DNA from: Bacilli bacterium
Lineage (GTDB): Bacteria > Bacillota_I > Bacilli_A > RFN20 > CAG-826
NCBI GenBank assembly: GCA_024687185.1
Contig: JAILEX010000062.1
Span: 220 to 64,219, forward strand
Length of the DNA: 64,000 nt
Direction: 5' to 3'
In this document: piece by piece, positions 10,669 through 18,173 of the stretch
Numbering within the stretch: the first letter of the stretch is position 1
How the letters are laid out: each line of letters opens with the position of its first letter
Notes under the pieces: generated by a model
Seen by the model: only the letters and a program-made list of their open reading frames with translations
What the model was told of the DNA's origin: nothing
The model's database searches: none
Position numbers and translations under genes: made by a program

Positions 10669-10681
10669 TCTCTATTATGCT

Positions 10682-10758
10682 TGGTGACCCGTACGCGATT
10701 CGAACGCGTGAATGCATCCTTGAAAGGGATGTGAGTTAAGCCACTTCTCCAACGGGCC
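10682..10758 (-). tRNA. tRNA-Glu (anticodon UUC)
   Basis: GGCCCGTTGGAGAAGTGG...CATCC-CTTTCAA-GGATG...GGGTCACCA. It is nearly identical in layout to Bacillus tRNA-Glu, with CCA encoded. Confidence 0.75.
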
Positions 10759-10759
10759 A

Positions 10760-10834
10760 TGGCGCTTAGCATAGGACTCGAACCTACAACCGATCGGTTA
10801 ACAGCCGATTGCTCTGCCATTGAGCTAGCTAAGC
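10760..10834 (-). tRNA. tRNA-Asn (anticodon GUU)
   Basis: GCTTAGCTAGCTCAATGGCAGAGC, with an ATCGG-CTGTTAA-CCGAT anticodon arm, a TTCGAGTCC T-arm, and CCA. Confidence 0.75.
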
Positions 10835-11000
10835 ATTCCGCCTTTTCAGGCGAGGTAAATTCTAGTGTTTGTCAAAAGGGATTGCAACCAATTTTTCTAA
10901 AGGGCGAAAATCTAGGCAATACGTCTAGGTTTTCGTTCGTTCCTTTAAAAAGGAAATCCCCGTGTGGTTAGACGCAGGGACGAGGGATGGGAAATAGGAA

Positions 11001-11237
11001 TTACTTCTTGGCGACGAGCTTCTTCTCGATGGAGTTGAAGAGATCGCCGACGGTGACGAAAGAAGAAAGTTCCTCGGTTTCAAAGCGGATACCGACTTCC
11101 TCTTCGACCGCATAGCACATTTCGACGACGTCAAGGCTATCTAGGCCAAGGCTCGCCAAATCGGTCTTCATGTCGATTTCCTTAACGTTTAGCCTTTCGC
11201 AAAAAAGGTCTTTGATGCGCTTCATTGTTTCTTCCAT
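11001..11237 (-). CDS. acpP: Acyl carrier protein
   Basis: 78 aa with LGLDSLDVVEMCYAVEEE (the DSL phosphopantetheine attachment site). An AAAGGAAAAA RBS precedes it. Confidence 0.75.
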   Translation of the reverse strand: MEETMKRIKDLFCERLNVKEIDMKTDLASLGLDSLDVVEMCYAVEEEVGIRFETEELSSFVTVGDLFNSIEKKLVAKK

Positions 11238-11353
11238 GGTAAGTTTTTCCTTTCGCTACTGAATCGAACGGGTTGATTATATCAAGAAGACAAAACAAGA
11301 AGATACAAAAAATGCGCCCATTGATCAGGTGGACGCATTTATTCTTGCCTCGT

Positions 11354-11506
11354 TTACATATCGGCTATGAGCGAGGCCTCTTCTTCCATTTTGGTGGAAA
11401 CGGTGCTAACCGAGGTTCTAAAGCTCGTGTAAAGCACGCCGCCGACCAAGGCGAAGACGACCAAGACCATGAGCATTCCGAGCAGTTGTCCCTTAATTTC
11501 AGACAT
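11354..11506 (-). CDS. 50-aa pilin-like / Flp-like hydrophobic peptide (candidate major pilin of the Tad-like operon). Not in the ORF track.
   Basis: MSEIKGQLLGMLMVLVVFALVGGVLYTSFRTSVSTVSTKMEEEASLIADM. There is a GGAGGTGA RBS 6 nt upstream and a TAA stop at 11354-11356. It is the last gene of the pilus operon. Confidence 0.4.
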   Translation of the reverse strand: MSEIKGQLLGMLMVLVVFALVGGVLYTSFRTSVSTVSTKMEEEASLIADM

Positions 11507-11524
11507 TCCATGTCACCTCCTTTC

Positions 11525-11872
11525 TCAATAATACGAATCGTAGAAGCCCACGATGGTGGCGTGAGTGACGGTAATCACCATCGTGTTTTTGGACATAAAT
11601 AGGGGTTTGTATTCCTTGGACAAGGCGAATTCGTAGGTATCGCCTACCCTGGGAGCGGACTTGGTTATGGCTTTGAAGGTGGCCCCGTACTTGGTGATGA
11701 GAGTCTCCGTGGACGGGGAATAGTAGCCATCTTTGGCAAGGCGATATCCTACCGTGACGGCCAAGGAATCAAGCCCTGAGCGAATGGTGGATAGGCACAT
11801 TAGATCGCCTACGGTCAACATGACGAAGATCATGAAGACGCTAGAGAGGAGCAAACCGAGTTTAGAAGCCAT
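11525..11872 (-). CDS. TadE-like pseudopilin / minor pilin candidate
   Basis: 115 aa. The N-terminal hydrophobic segment LLLSSVFMIFVMLTVGDLMCLSTIRSGLDSLA resembles the TadE N-terminal helix. It overlaps the upstream TadC-like gene by 11 nt. Confidence 0.4.
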   Translation of the reverse strand: MASKLGLLLSSVFMIFVMLTVGDLMCLSTIRSGLDSLAVTVGYRLAKDGYYSPSTETLITKYGATFKAITKSAPRVGDTYEFALSKEYKPLFMSKNTMVITVTHATIVGFYDSYY

Positions 11873-12545
11873 TCATGACACCTCCGATGATATCGGCGAG
11901 CGCCGCCAAAAGGATGATCATGGAAACCCCAGACCCAACAAGGGGGAACGTTGCCATCGACTGGACGCGTTCGATTCTCTTTTGCTTATGCAGTTCATGC
12001 TTTTGGTCGCTTAATCTGCCGAATACGTGTTTGAATTGGTCCATGTAGGCTTTGTTGTTGCCTTGGTCGACCATTTGGAAGATCGAAAGCATCACCTGAC
12101 GAATCTGGATGTCCTCAAAGCTATTACCGAATTCGATGAAAGGCCTTATTGTCTTGTCGGTATCGATATCCGCGATGAGCTTTTCCAGCTTTGCCCCAAT
12201 GGTAGAAGAGGCGAAGGGAACGATGGAGGAAAGGGCGTTATAGATGTTATATCCATCGTTTAGGTAAACCTGGAAATAGGTGAATAGCCTTACGAACTCC
12301 TCCTCTTCCTCCCTCCTTAGCCGCATGATCCTCTTCCCATATCTTGAGAAATACGCGTAGCTATACACGATGCTTCCAAGCACCGGCACGAGCATGAAGA
12401 TGATCTGCCCTTGGACTAGCCATAGCCCAACCCCCGCGCCGACAAGAAGCAAAATCCCAAAGAAATAGAAAATAAGCTCTTTTTGGAAATTTAATCCAAG
12501 AATTGCAATGTTTTTTCGAATTGTTGCCATACTTTTATCCTCCAA
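11862..12545 (-). CDS. Tad/T2SS-F-like platform protein (TadC-like)
   Basis: 227 aa with 3 TM helices and a cytoplasmic helical domain typical of the GspF/TadB/TadC family. Confidence 0.6.
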   Translation of the reverse strand: MEDKSMATIRKNIAILGLNFQKELIFYFFGILLLVGAGVGLWLVQGQIIFMLVPVLGSIVYSYAYFSRYGKRIMRLRREEEEEFVRLFTYFQVYLNDGYNIYNALSSIVPFASSTIGAKLEKLIADIDTDKTIRPFIEFGNSFEDIQIRQVMLSIFQMVDQGNNKAYMDQFKHVFGRLSDQKHELHKQKRIERVQSMATFPLVGSGVSMIILLAALADIIGGVMNGF

Positions 12546-12547
12546 TT

Positions 12548-13264
12548 TCAGACATGTTTTTTCCTAGAGAAAGGGAATTCGATTGCCAATCCCGTGTAAG
12601 TCGAAAGATAGATGACGATAGAGAAAAGCATGAGGGCGAAGAAAGCCAAAACGCAAACTAGATACATGATGGAAGTCTCCAGAACGGAGAAGAAATTCGA
12701 TAGCCCAAAGCGAAGGAAGACGACCACCACAAGCGCCATCGCCCATAGAAGGCAGAACTGGATGAGATTGGTCCTATTGCTAGATGCGATATCGTTTTCC
12801 GATTCCTCGATTCGGGTAAGTTCGGCCAATAATTCCGAAGATAGGGCGATTATATCCCCTCCCTCCGTGACATAGATCTCCAAAGTGGAAAGGAACATCC
12901 TATAAATCGTGGTATCGAAATAGGATTCCAGGTATCGGACCTTCTCTAGTCCGGTCAGTTCCGAAATCGATCTGCCCAATGACTCGATTTCCTTCCCTAA
13001 TCCCGCAATCGCGGTATCAAAGGATAGGTCCAAGGAAGAGGTGACGGATAAAGACACGACGAAGGAATTGACGAAACGGAAACACTCATGCCTTTTCCTA
13101 TGGATTACGTACCACTTCGACAATAAAGGCATCCCAAATAGCATAATCGCGGCCAAATAAACTACGCCTGTCGCCACTCCGGCGATGATATTTCCCGTCG
13201 CCAAATAGCAAGCCCCGCCGCCGACTAGGGCCAAAATAAGACTGATGATCCAACTCGAATTCAT
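12548..13264 (-). CDS. Tad/T2SS-F-like platform protein (TadB-like)
   Basis: 238 aa, paralogous in topology to the TadC-like gene. It overlaps the ATPase gene by 4 nt. Confidence 0.6.
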   Translation of the reverse strand: MNSSWIISLILALVGGGACYLATGNIIAGVATGVVYLAAIMLFGMPLLSKWYVIHRKRHECFRFVNSFVVSLSVTSSLDLSFDTAIAGLGKEIESLGRSISELTGLEKVRYLESYFDTTIYRMFLSTLEIYVTEGGDIIALSSELLAELTRIEESENDIASSNRTNLIQFCLLWAMALVVVVFLRFGLSNFFSVLETSIMYLVCVLAFFALMLFSIVIYLSTYTGLAIEFPFSRKKHV

Positions 13265-14232
13265 GATCGATTGTCCTCCTTGTATACGTAATCGATTGTT
13301 CTACTCCCCTCGTTTAGATATCCGAACTCGCTGATCCTTCTAAAGATCGTCCCGTCTTCCCTAACGGAACGTTTGAGATAAACGACCACGGAGAAGTGAT
13401 GGTATATATCGGCAAGCAACTCCTCATAGACGAGGTTTCTGCCGGCTTGCATCGCCATCCTCGCCATACGGTGGGGGATGGCGGAAATATCCTTGGCGTG
13501 AAGCGTCGTGATCAAAGGGTGACCCGACATGACCGCGTTTAGCGCGTCGACCATTTCCTCACCCCTGCTTTCCGCGACCAACAAATAATCCGGGTTATTG
13601 CGAAGGGAGTTTCGGATTAAGGCCGAAAAAGTGCACCTTGGGTTATGTTCGTCCACGAGCCAACTCGTCATATCGAGGTTGCCGTTTCCCCTGCTTAGTT
13701 CAAGCTCTTGGACGTTATCGATGACCACGATTCTCGTATAGTCGGGAAGATGGAGCAAAAGGAATTTCTGCAACTCCGTTTTCCCACATCCCGTCTCCCC
13801 GCCGATGACGATGGAATCACCATTATTTAACGCAGTAAGCAACAGATCCTTGGTGTTGGAAGGAAAGAAATCATCGGCCTTTTCCACGGCTGAACCGGCT
13901 GAGGCGATACGAAGGGAGAAAGAGTAGGCCTTGCGGTTATTGACCCTGGTAACGGAAAGGAAGCTCGCGTTCATGCGGTATCTTCCAAAACTTACGTCGA
14001 GGACGGGTTCCATATAGGAGAATTGTTTTTCGGAAAAATTGGCGATTTGCCTAAGGAAGTCCCCAACCATCTCATTGGTGACCTCCAAATCGCTTTTCCT
14101 TCTGCCGTATCGATTGTCCAGATAGAAGATGGACTCTCCGTTCCAGGAAATATCGGTGACGCTATCGCAGGCAAGTAGAGTGGAGAGGAAGCTATTCTCC
14201 AAAAACTCCAATAATCTGGATTCGTAATCCAT
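13261..14232 (-). CDS. tadA: CpaF/TadA/VirB11-family secretion ATPase
   Basis: Walker A IGGETGCGKTE, Asp box VIDNVQELE, His box VAESRGEEMVDALNAVMSGHPLITTLHAKD. The start is placed at MDYESRLL (AAGAAGGGA RBS) because the ORF-track start at 14373 overlaps the upstream gene by 140 nt with low-complexity sequence. Confidence 0.8.
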   Translation of the reverse strand: MDYESRLLEFLENSFLSTLLACDSVTDISWNGESIFYLDNRYGRRKSDLEVTNEMVGDFLRQIANFSEKQFSYMEPVLDVSFGRYRMNASFLSVTRVNNRKAYSFSLRIASAGSAVEKADDFFPSNTKDLLLTALNNGDSIVIGGETGCGKTELQKFLLLHLPDYTRIVVIDNVQELELSRGNGNLDMTSWLVDEHNPRCTFSALIRNSLRNNPDYLLVAESRGEEMVDALNAVMSGHPLITTLHAKDISAIPHRMARMAMQAGRNLVYEELLADIYHHFSVVVYLKRSVREDGTIFRRISEFGYLNEGSRTIDYVYKEDNRS

Positions 14233-14233
14233 C

Positions 14234-14620
14234 TCAGATCCCTTCTTGGACGACGAAGATGGCGATTTTGGTAATCCAACGCCAATCGGTGATTCTGCAT
14301 CGAAGGTCGATTTCGGCTTTATATCCGTATTCGGCCTTGCTTTCTGTTTCTTCGTCGTAAACATATACTTCATATAGGTATTTGAGTTTTCCTCCTAACT
14401 CAGTCTCTAGGTAATCGGAGACGTTCTTCTCGAACAAAGGTAGATAAAATAGGGGCTTGTCCAGATTCTTTCCGATGTTGGAAATCGTGATGACGGAATT
14501 GTCCGCGACGCCTTTATAAAGCCCAAGATACGCCTTGCGGAAAGTCGAAAGGTTGTATGTCCTCAAAAACGAGGTCATGGCAAAGACGAAGACCATGCTC
14601 ATGAAAATCACATTGTGCAT
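14234..14620 (-). CDS. Small single-TM protein of the pilus operon (possible CpaB/RcpC-like or novel accessory protein)
   Basis: The start is taken at MHNVIFMSMVFVFAMTSF (AGGAGAAAAGGCG RBS). Its stop is 1 nt from the ATPase start. Confidence 0.4.
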   Translation of the reverse strand: MHNVIFMSMVFVFAMTSFLRTYNLSTFRKAYLGLYKGVADNSVITISNIGKNLDKPLFYLPLFEKNVSDYLETELGGKLKYLYEVYVYDEETESKAEYGYKAEIDLRCRITDWRWITKIAIFVVQEGI

Positions 14621-14631
14621 CGCCTTTTCTC

Positions 14632-15690
14632 CTAATTCCCAAGCCCAATACAATAATCGGCGTCGGTACAGCTTCCGAAGAAGGCGTCGTCCCTAGCGAT
14701 GGAGAACTCGAAATCGATCGTATCGCCGAAAAGGTCGAAGTCGGTCATATGTAGTTTGAAGTTGTACTTCTTGTGCTCTTTCCCATTCCTTATCGGAAGG
14801 AAGACGTCGCGGGTATTGAAGTACCTTGTCGGATCCTCATCCCTCTTCGATATCGGGTACATCTTCGAATCGTACCTATCCACCGCGTAATCTTGGCTAA
14901 GGCAAGGATAGAAGATGCTGTAGGAGACCCCCGAAACGCGGAGAGAATATGCATAGGAGAGTTTTAGGGGAATCCTCCGGTAAAAGCTCCCGTTGACAAA
15001 GCCCAAAGTCCCGATGTTCCATTCGAAGGGGTCGGTATAGATATATAAGGTGGCGGAACCTGCTTCCGTGGTGTTGGCGATGGAATTATGGTAACCGACC
15101 ATATATCCGTTCACGCGTACGCCATGGTAATCGTCATTATGGCTTGGGATTTCGGCGATATAGTAGCTATCGACCGATCCCGAGATTGTGCTCCCCACAT
15201 GTTTCGAATACATCCTAGAGGTGTTGTAGACCTTTCTTTTTTCGGGATTGGTCAAAGCGATGTTTGGACTCGTGAGCGTTCCGCTTTCGATAGTGAAAAG
15301 ATAGGTTTTGGTATTGGATGTGATGAATCCGAATATGGTGGATTCGACCTTCATTTCAAAGCAATATGAGGTCAGCCCTTTAAGGATCGACTGCGGGACT
15401 GAGGATTCATAGATGAAATGGGGGTCGCTCGCCGACGTATCAAGGTTTTGGTGTTTGATTCCGCTAGTGGCGATGGTCTCCGTTTTGCTCTTATCCCTAT
15501 ATACGGTCCAGGAATAGACAAAGGAAGGGTAGTCCACATCATGGTAATCCAGTCTGAAGGGCAAAGCCTCGTTATATACGAACTTGCCGCATAGCAAATC
15601 GCATCTGCCCGTGGCCGTGTTGCCGCCTAAGCAACCTAACGCGGACAAAAGGACCAAAGGAGCCTTTTTAAGCTTTAAAGACGTTGTCAT
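14632..15690 (-). CDS. Secreted or lipoprotein-like Tyr/Ser/Gly-rich protein (candidate pilus-associated adhesin or assembly factor)
   Basis: The start is taken at MTTSLKLKKAPLVLLSALGCLGG, with a GGAGGTGA RBS 5 nt upstream and a signal peptide with LGC. 352 aa, predicted beta-rich. Confidence 0.45.
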   Translation of the reverse strand: MTTSLKLKKAPLVLLSALGCLGGNTATGRCDLLCGKFVYNEALPFRLDYHDVDYPSFVYSWTVYRDKSKTETIATSGIKHQNLDTSASDPHFIYESSVPQSILKGLTSYCFEMKVESTIFGFITSNTKTYLFTIESGTLTSPNIALTNPEKRKVYNTSRMYSKHVGSTISGSVDSYYIAEIPSHNDDYHGVRVNGYMVGYHNSIANTTEAGSATLYIYTDPFEWNIGTLGFVNGSFYRRIPLKLSYAYSLRVSGVSYSIFYPCLSQDYAVDRYDSKMYPISKRDEDPTRYFNTRDVFLPIRNGKEHKKYNFKLHMTDFDLFGDTIDFEFSIARDDAFFGSCTDADYCIGLGN

Positions 15691-16042
15691 GGAAATCACC
15701 TCCGAATTCATTCATAAACCTAAGACCGATTTGATTGACGTTCTTCACGAAGTCATCCTTTTTGAAGTAATAGCTCCACCAATAGGCGCCATGCCGTCCA
15801 GGCTCTAAGTACTCGTTTTTGAAGATCATCTTTTCAAGCGGATCGAGCTTTCCATAGAATTCCCTGACGCGCTTAAGGAAACGGATGGGTCTTTTGTCCA
15901 TGAAGAAGGGAAAGTAATCGAAGCTAAGGTCATCGAGATGCTCATCGGGGCTAAGCCCAAGCCTTTTTAGATTGTCCCTATACGCAAGGGTGAAGCCCCG
16001 GAAGTAGGTTTTGCGTTTTTGTTTGTATTCGTAATCGGTCAT
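15668..16042 (-). CDS. Hypothetical cytoplasmic protein, first gene of the pilus operon
   Basis: 124 aa. It overlaps the next gene start by 23 nt. A 265-nt AT-rich upstream region precedes it. Confidence 0.4.
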   Translation of the reverse strand: MTDYEYKQKRKTYFRGFTLAYRDNLKRLGLSPDEHLDDLSFDYFPFFMDKRPIRFLKRVREFYGKLDPLEKMIFKNEYLEPGRHGAYWWSYYFKKDDFVKNVNQIGLRFMNEFGGDFHDNVFKA

Positions 16043-16308
16043 GCTTTTTTGCCTCTCACTTAACTATTTCGATGTTTTTCCGAAAATCGGACACGAAAAG
16101 GCAAAAAAATTTTTTTGACTTTATGTTTTTTTCTACTCAAAACCGTTCAAATAAATAGCGTTATTATGGGATAAATTCTTCAAAATACCATGCAAAACCC
16201 TGATATTTATCCTTATTTCGCATCCTCTTTTCTTTATGGGGTGAATGACTTAGGAAGGGCAAGAAAAAAATTTATCTTCCTCGTCTTATCCCGTATAATT
16301 TCAACGTT

Positions 16309-16857
16309 ATGTTGATTCTAGTTGGGGCTTCTGCCAGTGGAAAAACCGAAATCGCCAAACGGCTTGGTGCGCTTTATGGCATCAAAAAAGTCGTGACCCA
16401 TACCTCTAGGCTGCCTAGAAAAGGAGAGGTCAACCATATCGATTACCACTTCGTTTCCCCCGAGGAATTCCTTGCCCTAAAAAAGGAAGACGCCTTCGTG
16501 GAAACCACCTACTATAACGGCAACTACTATGGATGCAGCAAAAAGGAGATCGCCAAAAACAAAGTCGTCGTCGTCGATCCAAACGGCCTTGCTTCCTTCT
16601 TGGCTTTACACGATCCATCCATCATCGCCATTACCCTTGTCTGCGACGAAAAGGTCCGCTTCCATAGGATGAAGGGCAGGGGCGACGAGGAAGACTCCAT
16701 CATTCAGCGCATCGCCACAGACAAGGTCGATTTCTCGAACCCCATATTGAAAAGGGCCGACTTCACCATTGATACTTCAAAGGATAGCATCGAGTCCCTT
16801 ACCAATAGGATTTACGATTTATATCAAAGCGAATACGAAAAGCGTATCGGCGATTAG
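16309..16857 (+). CDS. Guanylate kinase-family protein (short, divergent)
   Basis: P-loop GASASGKTE and HTSRLPRKGEVNHIDYHFVSPEEF (GMP-binding region resembling TTRPPRPGEVDGVDYHFVS). A TATAAT sits only 9 nt before the ATG. Confidence 0.6.
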   Translation: MLILVGASASGKTEIAKRLGALYGIKKVVTHTSRLPRKGEVNHIDYHFVSPEEFLALKKEDAFVETTYYNGNYYGCSKKEIAKNKVVVVDPNGLASFLALHDPSIIAITLVCDEKVRFHRMKGRGDEEDSIIQRIATDKVDFSNPILKRADFTIDTSKDSIESLTNRIYDLYQSEYEKRIGD

Positions 16858-18173
16858 GAAACCTTCTTCCTTCTCGGGTGATAGATAACCTTGGCCTCTT
16901 CCACGGTATAGGGAGAGGCTTTTGTCACGATGATCTCAACGCGAGGCAGATTGACCTTATCCCCCACTACGGCAAAGCGGCCCAAATAATCGTTTATGAA
17001 GCCCGAAAGGGTTTCGTAGTCGTCTTCTATCTCCTCTTCGTCCATATGGAACGTTTCGAAGAATGTTTCGATGTCGGTACTGCCCAAAACGCGGTATTGG
17101 TTCCTTTTGTTTAGGCGCTGGATATCGATTTTGACGGTATCGTTCTCATCCCAGAGTTCGCCAACTAGTTCCTCTAAGATATCCTCTAGGGTCAAAATGC
17201 CATCGGTCCCGCCAAACTCGTCCTTTACGACGGCAATATGGCGGTGCTTCTCCTGCATTAGTTCCAAAATGGAGGAGATTTCCATCGTCATGGGCACGGC
17301 GATGATAGGAAGCAATAGACTAGTGATGGAGACCTTCTTCTCTAGAAGCAAAGACTTATAAAGCGACTTGGTTTGGATATAGCCGACGATGTTATCGAGG
17401 CTTCCTTGATAGACTGGGATACGAGAATGGTTGAATTTCTTCCCCGACTTGACGATCTTCATGATGTCTTCGTCTAAGGAAATGCCTTCGATCTTCATCC
17501 TGGGCGTCATGATCTCGAACGCGGTCGTATCCTTGAATTCCAATGCGCTTTGGAGCAAGTCCGCGTTTTCTTCGTCGATGATGCCCTCATCTTCGATAGC
17601 CTCGAACATTTCGGAGAGCTCTTCGTCTTTGACGGGGGCGTCTTCCACTTCTTCGAACTTTTTCACAAATGGACTCGTAACCAAGGTACCGAATAGTTCG
17701 CTGGGTCTAACGAAGGGGAAGAGCAAAACGGACAATACCTTAATGATCGGGGCGGAGAAGACGCAAACGCCATAGGAATGGACCTTGGCAAAGGCCTTGG
17801 GCATGATTTCGCCAAAAGTGAGGATGATAAGGAGCATCGCCATCGAGATAATCGTGGACAACGTGCCTTCCATAGCGGTGATTTCCTGCGTGTCGGTGAT
17901 GCCGATATCCCTAACGATTTGGATGGCAAGCAAAGCGCCTAAAGAGGAAGCGATGACATTGACTAGGGAATTGGAGAAAAGCAAGACGGTGATGGTCTTG
18001 TCATAGTTTTTGGCGTTGCCATAGGCAAGCCTTGCTCCCTTGCTTGTCTCAGAGGCCTTTTTAAGCTGTCTTAAAGGCGCGACGCTATAAGCCATATCGG
18101 AAGCCGAGAATATGCCGGAAAACACGATTAAAATGGTGATTACGATGATATAGGCAATGGATGCAAAGCTCAT
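16854..18173 (-). CDS. CNNM/CorC/HlyC-family transporter (DUF21 plus 2 CBS plus CorC_HlyC domains)
   Basis: 439 aa, with 4 N-terminal TM helices, a CBS pair, and a C-terminal transporter-associated domain. Confidence 0.75.
   Translation of the reverse strand: MSFASIAYIIVITILIVFSGIFSASDMAYSVAPLRQLKKASETSKGARLAYGNAKNYDKTITVLLFSNSLVNVIASSLGALLAIQIVRDIGITDTQEITAMEGTLSTIISMAMLLIILTFGEIMPKAFAKVHSYGVCVFSAPIIKVLSVLLFPFVRPSELFGTLVTSPFVKKFEEVEDAPVKDEELSEMFEAIEDEGIIDEENADLLQSALEFKDTTAFEIMTPRMKIEGISLDEDIMKIVKSGKKFNHSRIPVYQGSLDNIVGYIQTKSLYKSLLLEKKVSITSLLLPIIAVPMTMEISSILELMQEKHRHIAVVKDEFGGTDGILTLEDILEELVGELWDENDTVKIDIQRLNKRNQYRVLGSTDIETFFETFHMDEEEIEDDYETLSGFINDYLGRFAVVGDKVNLPRVEIIVTKASPYTVEEAKVIYHPRRKKVS

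Noticed and set aside
10502-10820. ORF-track ORFs 10502..10717 and 10533..10820 (71 and 95 aa)
   Set aside because: They overlap the tRNA-Glu and tRNA-Asn genes and their terminator on the same strand. These are translation artefacts of structured RNA genes.
13261-14373. ORF-track 370-aa version of the TadA-like ATPase
   Set aside because: The first 47 residues are low-complexity and overlap the upstream gene by 140 nt. An RBS-supported internal start (MDYESRLL at 14232) lies 1 nt after the upstream stop.
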